Below are positions 56,747-64,000 of a stretch of 64,000 nucleotides of DNA, one piece after another; position 1 is the first letter of the stretch, and each line of letters starts with the position of its first letter. This DNA is from Schmidtea polychroa. Lineage: Eukaryota. Below the pieces are notes generated by a model that saw only the letters and a list, made by a program, of their open reading frames with translations, made no database searches and was not told the DNA's origin. Position numbers and translations under genes: made by a program. The stretch lies in the NCBI GenBank assembly GCA_044892525.1, contig CM097885.1, positions 9,426,001 to 9,490,000 on the forward strand, given 5' to 3'.

Positions 56747-56933
56747 TAATATTAATAATATATCAACCAAATACTATACAACACATAAAAAATTAACTAA
56801 ACACATAAAAATAACTAGACACATAACAAAACATATAAACATTAACTAAACACATAAAAATGAACTAGACACATAACAAACATAAAAATTTACCAAATAA
56901 CAAATGTAAAGATATAAAATTTATTCAATAAAA

Positions 56934-59900
56934 TTAGTCCTCATCGGACAAAATAACGTCATCGATATCGATGTCATCTTCTCCAAAATCTTCATTTAAT
57001 TCTTCCTCATCTTCTCCATCATTTTCTCCAACATTTTCTGAAACATTTTCTGCAACAATTTCTCCAACATTTTCTCCAATATTTAATTCACTTAATCTTA
57101 CATGCCCATATGCAAGACTAGTATTTTTCCCCACCCAAACCCTTTTGTCATCTTTGTTAGTTAGTGCTATTTTTGTGTTTTTAATTGTAAAAATTTGATG
57201 ATTTTTGCTTGTTATTTTAGTCTGAGGAACCGAAAAAATCTGGTTAGTGTTATAACAATCCAGGTATGACTGATGTTTTATGTCACTACCTTTCAATGTT
57301 ACACCTTTAGCCTTTTTTGTTTCCTCATCACTCAACAAGCTATAACATTTAGGTCTAAGAAAAACCCACTCCTTATATTTAAGACCTTTATTCTCGTCTT
57401 TGAACTTTCCAATGACTGAATCAAGGTTCTTACTATATAAGGAATGACAACTATTGTAATTGGAAGTATCCAATAAATTATCTCGAACCATTGCAGGTAA
57501 AAGAACCTCAAGTTTGCAGTTAATGACTTCGAGGAAAAAAGAATCTGTATCACCTGCAACGATATTAATTTTACAATTAAACTCATTGCGAATTGATTCC
57601 AGATCCTTATATTGCAATTCATACATTCTAAGTTTAGATAGATCAAGTACAGATTGACCAATGTAACTCGGTCTATCTAAACATATAGAATCGGAATTCA
57701 ATAGTGCTGCAATTAAATTATCTGCTATTTTAATAGATTTTTTAAAAGTCGGTTTTGACGAATATTTAACTAATTTACCGGCAGTTGTACAAAGACGAAG
57801 ATTCATTCTTCTCTTTAAATTTTCAACTGTTTTGCCGTATAAACTATTATTTAGCAATTTATAATAATTTTTATCTAAGCTATTTACGCTTTTTGATCTT
57901 AATTCGGTATTTGTATCTATATATTTTTTAAAAATTGGTGATTGCTTAAATCTTACACCCCTATTTACACGTGTTACTTTAACACCAAGTTCCAAATATA
58001 ATTTTAATAATCTCCAATGAATAACATAATTAGATTTTGGAAGATGAGTTAATAATAATTTTTCAACCTTAGACCCAGCAGGTTTCATTTTTTCAGCAGC
58101 TACAGGGAAATCATCCAACTTATCATGAAGCTCAGAAGGAATTACAAGATCAACTTCAAGTGTGTATCCATAAGACAAAGATTCAAGATTTAAATTCCTA
58201 CATTCATCCATTATTTTATCAAATCCATCAAGAACCCAACAAAATTCGCCACAAGGTAATGATTGACTTAAAGCCCAGCCATAAAGATTATTAATATCTA
58301 TATATAGTAACTCAGTGTTCTCGTCGGTTTTTACGTAATGCTTATTCACAAAAGTAAGACCGCCTCTTATTCCACCCTCATAAAAGCTAAACATTTCGTT
58401 TTCAGTTATGAGTTCAATTGGTTCATTTAAAGACATTAATGCAGAAGACCAAGACATGCCTGGAATTCCGAAATAATTCAATGGTTCCAATCTATTGTGA
58501 GCAATGGATTTCAACCGAAACTGATGAAAGAAATCAGCCAAAAGAAAACAATCAAGTTTTAGGTAGATCATCATATAATCTAATAAAGTTACGCAATTAG
58601 TTTCTACCCAAATCTCCTGAGCTTTTTCATACTCAAGCTCAGTGACACCCTCCCAGATTGGTGGTAATTCATAAGTAGTTTGGAGAATATCTAAAAAAGT
58701 GGCGAAATTATAAGGGAAGATTCCTTTTTCACTTACTATGGTGCCAGAAAAAGCAGAATTAGTAAAAGGCAAAGAATTCAAAGTTTTGACTGCTTTAGCC
58801 AAAGAATCATTGACAAATTGATACGAATCAATGAATCTTAGGCTAATTTTACCTAAATGAGCAATCAAAGATATAAATTTTTCCGTAGTTATTGGGATGC
58901 ACCCTAAATTCCAATTTTTAAATTTATTTAATCCATATTTAAGTATATGGTGCATATCGTATCCCTTCAAGTTGTGAAATACGATAGGCAAAATTTTATT
59001 TATTTTTCTATTTACGTTACATGTGCTACAAGCTGCACCCAAGTATTTCCCCATTAAATGATCGTGATCTCTAACAGGATCCACGATAGATTTCAAACAA
59101 AGATAACAAACCGTTGAATTAATGAATTGTTGTTGCTCAATTTTCGTTAATTTAATCATTGGTTTCCTACCCATTTTATAATAAAAAGGAAGAACCTTAT
59201 TTAATGCTATATCCTCTATAGCACTTAAAAAACTCTCGACGCAATCTAAACCTATGAACTGCTGATAAGATTTAGATCCGTCAAAGTTATTTACTAGTAA
59301 AAGACCAGCAGATATTGGCATGTGTCGCTGAAAATGATCATTATCAGAAGGTAAAATAACCTCAAAATCGGCATAAACTACAAAAGGAGGAGTTACTGTT
59401 TTCGACCAGTCAGTAAACTGTAAGAATTTATTTTGAGGGAAAGTATAAAGAGTTGTTCCTAATTGATTACGTTTGCATAATATTTCATGTTTTTCTAGTG
59501 CGTTTCTATTATTAAACCCATTCAAACACCGATGGGACCATAATGAACGTATGCGTGTAGGACAAGTAGTGTTGATACCACAATTCAATAACCTATTTAA
59601 ATTGCTTATAGCAACGTAATGGAAATTGTTCCCTTTATTTAATAATAGTAAATTAATTACAGTTCCATTTAAAACTTTGGAACGATGTATAATGTCTAAA
59701 TGTGGGTGTTTTAAAACGTAATTATCTATTAATTGTTTGTTATTGTCATAAGAAAAAACGTTAATTATTAAACCAGGATTTTTGGCCTCGAATTTTCTAA
59801 TATCTTTTAATTTCATGGGTAAGTCCAATGGATTATATATTAATTCAGATAAATTATAACTGGATGTCCTATTTCTAGCATAACTACTAACCTCATCATA

Positions 59901-60713
59901 TTTTAAAATAGCTAAAATGCTATATAAAAAACATGAATCATCGGTGTTTTTTATATTAATTAAACAATATTTATTTTTTAGATAAGTAGGTAGTTCAATG
60001 AAACTCCTACCACTTAATCTACTTAGCCTACTTATCTTTGTTATGGTGAAGTGAATTTCTGTTATTTTTTTTATGATCCAGCTACTTCCTAACTCTGTGA
60101 TATTACTTATTTTCTCGTTTAGTTCCCTAATGCCTTCGTCAAAAAATGATGCAGTTAAAGGCTTTGCATAATTTGAGATATTATTAACCTTTATTTCCCC
60201 GTCTTTTTCAAATTCGATTGTTATTCCGAATTGAATTTTGACGGAGCCTAATTCGTTAATAATATCTCGTAATTTTTTTATTAGTTGTTCAGGAAATATT
60301 ATTTCTTTTATATTTAAGTCGCTTGTATTTAAGCTTAATATTTGATGGGTACCTCTTAGATCTTTTTGTATTATTGGAACATTTCCACCTATTTGTATTA
60401 TATTTAATCCATCCCAAGAGTCAAGGGAAATATTATCTAATCCGACCTGGGATTCAACAACCAATCCATCATGGGATTCGACAACCAATCCATCATTGGA
60501 TTCCACAAAAGGCAATCCGACCTGGGATTCAAAAGAAGAAGTATCTAATTTAATTTTTTTATTTTTATTATTTTTTTCTATAGTTGAGGGTCTTTTAAAA
60601 ACACTATCTTTTTTAAAATTAAACCTATCTAAATGATTTTTATGTTTATTATAAAAAACGCTATATGTTACGGGGTCACTAGTCTTACATACGGGACATA
60701 TTTTAAAACACAT
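56934..60713 (-). CDS. polB: Protein-primed family B DNA polymerase (Polinton/Maverick-type) with endonuclease-VII-like zinc insert
   Basis: Intact 1259 aa. ExoI VVYADFE, CYLC..VRDHDH..G...GAACSTCN, ExoII FHNLKGYD, FIDSYQF, KGIFPY, ExoIII YLKLD, GIRGG, YIDINNLYG, KLLNNSLYGK, GDTDS, RPKCY, KAKGV. Confidence 0.96.
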   Translation of the reverse strand: MCFKICPVCKTSDPVTYSVFYNKHKNHLDRFNFKKDSVFKRPSTIEKNNKNKKIKLDTSSFESQVGLPFVESNDGLVVESHDGLVVESQVGLDNISLDSWDGLNIIQIGGNVPIIQKDLRGTHQILSLNTSDLNIKEIIFPEQLIKKLRDIINELGSVKIQFGITIEFEKDGEIKVNNISNYAKPLTASFFDEGIRELNEKISNITELGSSWIIKKITEIHFTITKISRLSRLSGRSFIELPTYLKNKYCLINIKNTDDSCFLYSILAILKYDEVSSYARNRTSSYNLSELIYNPLDLPMKLKDIRKFEAKNPGLIINVFSYDNNKQLIDNYVLKHPHLDIIHRSKVLNGTVINLLLLNKGNNFHYVAISNLNRLLNCGINTTCPTRIRSLWSHRCLNGFNNRNALEKHEILCKRNQLGTTLYTFPQNKFLQFTDWSKTVTPPFVVYADFEVILPSDNDHFQRHMPISAGLLLVNNFDGSKSYQQFIGLDCVESFLSAIEDIALNKVLPFYYKMGRKPMIKLTKIEQQQFINSTVCYLCLKSIVDPVRDHDHLMGKYLGAACSTCNVNRKINKILPIVFHNLKGYDMHHILKYGLNKFKNWNLGCIPITTEKFISLIAHLGKISLRFIDSYQFVNDSLAKAVKTLNSLPFTNSAFSGTIVSEKGIFPYNFATFLDILQTTYELPPIWEGVTELEYEKAQEIWVETNCVTLLDYMMIYLKLDCFLLADFFHQFRLKSIAHNRLEPLNYFGIPGMSWSSALMSLNEPIELITENEMFSFYEGGIRGGLTFVNKHYVKTDENTELLYIDINNLYGWALSQSLPCGEFCWVLDGFDKIMDECRNLNLESLSYGYTLEVDLVIPSELHDKLDDFPVAAEKMKPAGSKVEKLLLTHLPKSNYVIHWRLLKLYLELGVKVTRVNRGVRFKQSPIFKKYIDTNTELRSKSVNSLDKNYYKLLNNSLYGKTVENLKRRMNLRLCTTAGKLVKYSSKPTFKKSIKIADNLIAALLNSDSICLDRPSYIGQSVLDLSKLRMYELQYKDLESIRNEFNCKINIVAGDTDSFFLEVINCKLEVLLPAMVRDNLLDTSNYNSCHSLYSKNLDSVIGKFKDENKGLKYKEWVFLRPKCYSLLSDEETKKAKGVTLKGSDIKHQSYLDCYNTNQIFSVPQTKITSKNHQIFTIKNTKIALTNKDDKRVWVGKNTSLAYGHVRLSELNIGENVGEIVAENVSENVGENDGEDEEELNEDFGEDDIDIDDVILSDED

Positions 60714-61152
60714 TTTGACGCTAAAGTTGACTTATTTAACATTTTCATAATAATTTAATAAAAATAATGTGATGAACCCACAAAGAAATATCATTTTTCA
60801 TCAAATTGCAAAACAGTAATAACGTTTTCATAAAATTGTAACAAAGTAATAACATATTTCAGATAAATTTTCAACAGTTGTAAAATATTTAAGCAAATTG
60901 TAACAAGATTAGAAAATATTACAACAAAGTAGTAACATATTTCAGAAAATTTCAACAAATTTGTAAAATATTTATCAAATTGTAACTAAAATAATAAAAA
61001 TATTGCAACAAAGTAATAAAATAATAATGGTAATTAAGACAAATCAATACATTATTTCGAAGACGGACAACAAATTAAAAAGAATATTGTAACTAAAATA
61101 ATAAAAATATTGCAACAAAGTAATAAAATAATACAACATTTTAAACTCTAGA

Positions 61153-61565
61153 TCAATCCATTTTATAGAAAATTAAATTTTATCTATATAATATATGAAT
61201 AAATATCCAAGGAAATTACGTTAACGTATAATAAATACAAATTTATCGTAAAAACATGTGTGTATTACACACAAAACAAGATACATAATTTCTAATCAAT
61301 CCATTTTATAGAAAATTAAATTTTATCTATATATTATATGAATAAAATCCTAAGAAAATTACGTTAACTGTATGAAAAATACAAATTTATCATAAAAACA
61401 TGTGTGTATTACACACAACATACGAGACATAATGTTTAATCAAGCTATTTTATAGAAAATTAAATTTTATCTATATAATATATGAATAAAAATCCAAGAA
61501 AATTACGTTAACCGCGCGAAAAACTACAAATTTATTGTAAAAACATGTGTGCATTACACACAAAG
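61153..61565. repeat. Three tandem units of about 141-146 bp upstream of polB
   Basis: ttttatagaaaattaaattttatctatat...attacgttaac...aaaaacatgtgtg(t/c)attacacacaa, three times. Confidence 0.9.
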
Positions 61566-61683
61566 CATCAAACTGAAATTGTAATTGCGCCATGTTGTAG
61601 AGAATTAAATTCTGCCTATACATTGTTACACTTAAATCTCGATCAGACATGTGAAAAGAGACATAAAAGAGAAAGAACAGTAG

Positions 61684-62229
61684 AGTAGTATGATTGGGGC
61701 CATCCAGGCCATGTCCCCTCCAGACCACATATACCCCCTCCCCCCCCCCCCGGGAAAAAAATTTTTTTTTTAAAATAAAAGGTCAAGGTCATTTTTTAAT
61801 TTAATTTTTTGTTTTAATTAAGTGATCATTTAATTTTTCAAGGTCATATTTTAAAATTTAAATGTACAGAGTTCCCGCCAACAAATATTATTAAACGATA
61901 CCTCATCTTAAAGCTCGGTCTAAGACCTTTCGATTGATCCATAGAAGGTATCATCATCATTAATATTAACAAAGTTATTAACATTTAACCAAAAATCATT
62001 TTCAAGGTCATATAATTATTAGTGATCCAGCGGTGACCTGGTTTTCGTTTGCCCCAAAGTTATCGTTCCCATTATCCGAATTTATTATTTGATAGCTTAT
62101 TTTGAAGCTTAGTGCAAGATCTATCTACTGATGTATAAATATTATTATTAACATTATTTTACACACGGGGGGGAGAGGGTATATGTGGCCTGGCGGTGAC
62201 CTGGTCTGGATGGCCCCAATCATACTACT
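61684..62229. mobile_element. Module C: 546-bp non-coding mini-element with AGTAGT...ACTACT termini
   Basis: agtagtatgattggggccatccag at 61684 and ctggatggccccaatcatactact ending at 62229 (24/24 match), extending as an imperfect TIR of about 65 bp; internal aaggtca repeats. Confidence 0.82.
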
Positions 62230-62714
62230 CTTTTATGTCTCTTTTCACATGTCTGATCGAGATTTAAGTGTAACAATGTATAGGCAGAATTTAATTCTCT
62301 ACAACATGGCGCAATTACAATTTCAGTTTGATGCTTTGTGTGTAATGCACACATGTTTTTACAATAAATTTGTAGTTTTTCGCGCGGTTAACGTAATTTT
62401 CTTGGATTTTTATTCATATATTATATAGATAAAATTTAATTTTCTATAAAATAGCTTGATTAAACATTATGTCTAGTATGTTGTGTGTAATACACACATG
62501 TTTTTATGATAAATTTGTATTTTTCATACAGTTAACGTAATTTTCTTAGGATTTTATTCATATAATATATAGATAAAATTTAATTTTCTATAAAATGGAT
62601 TGATTAGAAATTATGTATCTTGTTTTGTGTGTAATACACACATGTTTTTACGATAAATTTGTATTTATTATACGTTAACGTAATTTCCTTGGATATTTAT
62701 TCATATATTATATA
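62230..62714 (+). repeat. Inverted copy of 61185-61669
   Basis: Near-identical reverse complement. Confidence 0.95.
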
Positions 62715-62721
62715 TTAATAT

Positions 62722-64000
62722 ATTAATATAAAAAACACCGATGATTCATGTTTTTTATATAGCATTTTAGCTATTTTAAAATATGATGAGGTTAGTAGTT
62801 ATGCTAGAAATAGGACATCCAGTTATAATTTATCTGAATTAATATATAATCCATTGGACTTACCCATGAAATTAAAAGATATTAGAAAATTCGAGGCCAA
62901 AAATCCTGGTTTAATAATTAACGTTTTTTCTTATGACAATAACAAACAATTAATAGATAATTACGTTTTAAAACACCCACATTTAGACATTATACATCGT
63001 TCCAAAGTTTTAAATGGAACTGTAATTAATTTACTATTATTAAATAAAGGGAACAATTTCCATTACGTTGCTATAAGCAATTTAAATAGGTTATTGAATT
63101 GTGGTATCAACACTACTTGTCCTACACGCATACGTTCATTATGGTCCCATCGGTGTTTGAATGGGTTTAATAATAGAAACGCACTAGAAAAACATGAAAT
63201 ATTATGCAAACGTAATCAATTAGGAACAACTCTTTATACTTTCCCTCAAAATAAATTCTTACAGTTTACTGACTGGTCGAAAACAGTAACTCCTCCTTTT
63301 GTAGTTTATGCCGATTTTGAGGTTATTTTACCTTCTGATAATGATCATTTTCAGCGACACATGCCAATATCTGCTGGTCTTTTACTAGTAAATAACTTTG
63401 ACGGATCTAAATCTTATCAGCAGTTCATAGGTTTAGATTGCGTCGAGAGTTTTTTAAGTGCTATAGAGGATATAGCATTAAATAAGGTTCTTCCTTTTTA
63501 TTATAAAATGGGTAGGAAACCAATGATTAAATTAACGAAAATTGAGCAACAACAATTCATTAATTCAACGGTTTGTTATCTTTGTTTGAAATCTATCGTG
63601 GATCCTGTTAGAGATCACGATCATTTTATGGGGAAATACTTGGGTGCAGCTTGTAGCACATGTAACGTAAATAGAAAAATAAATAAAATTTTGCCTATCG
63701 TATTTCACAACTTGAAGGGATACGATATGCACCATATACTTAAATTTGGATTAAATAAATTTAAAAATTGGAATTTAGGGTGCATCCCAATAACTACGGA
63801 AAAATTTATATCTTTGATTGCTCATTTAGGTAAAATTAGCCTAAGATTCATTGATTCGTATCAATTTGTCAATGATTCTTTGGCTAAAGCAGTCAAAACT
63901 TTGAATTCTTTGCCTTTTACTAATTCTGCTTTTTCTGGCACCATAGTAAGTGAAAAAGGAATCTTCCCTTATAATTTCGCCACTTCTTTAGATATTCTCC
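62722..64000 (+). pseudogene. polB: Second, inverted polB copy lacking its 5' end (corresponds to 59960 downward; runs off the window)
   Basis: Reverse complement of about 58682-59960, starting at INIKNTDDSCFLYS. Substitutions seen: HLMG>HFMG, KYG>KFG, ATFL>ATSL. Confidence 0.93.

Larger units (their letters stand above)
55754..61683 (-). mobile_element. Module B: pPolB-bearing Polinton/Maverick-like segment
   Basis: Begins near (agt)aggtagttagtggcttacggc plus a G-run. Subterminal aaagtaaat(a/t)atggt repeats at about 56090-56530; intact polB; tandem repeats upstream of polB. No matching right TIR seen. Confidence 0.7.

Noticed and set aside
56971..60553. Short ORFs overlapping polB
   Set aside because: Antisense or alternate-frame shadows of the long polB frame.
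61471..62428. ORF pair 61471-61728 and 62183-62428 as genes
   Set aside because: They are mirror images produced by the palindrome, start inside the TIR, cross a module junction and show no recognisable motif.

Overview
AT-rich eukaryotic (invertebrate-like) genomic DNA with short GT-AG introns, (TAA)n/(TA)n microsatellites and many transposable elements. These include a young complete hAT element (535-4198, 8-bp TSD, one nonsense codon), solo LTRs, piggyBac/pogo/hAT MITEs and Penelope remnants with hammerhead motifs. Host genes are multi-exon orphans on the minus strand and a plus-strand kinesin-fold gene (44221->52291, continuing past the last exon found) with all three catalytic motifs degenerate. 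The last 11.6 kb (52402-64000), apparently in an intron of that gene, is a Polinton/Maverick-like complex built from modules with AGTAG-type ends. Module A carries a frameshifted minimal TBP-like gene and small, probably spliced orphan genes. Module B carries an intact 1259-aa protein-primed PolB. Module C is a 546-bp AGTAGT...ACTACT mini-element at the centre of a recent inverted duplication containing a second, 5'-deleted polB copy. A hammerhead-containing retrozyme-like unit lies at 37917-38335. All calls come from manual reading; no searches were run.
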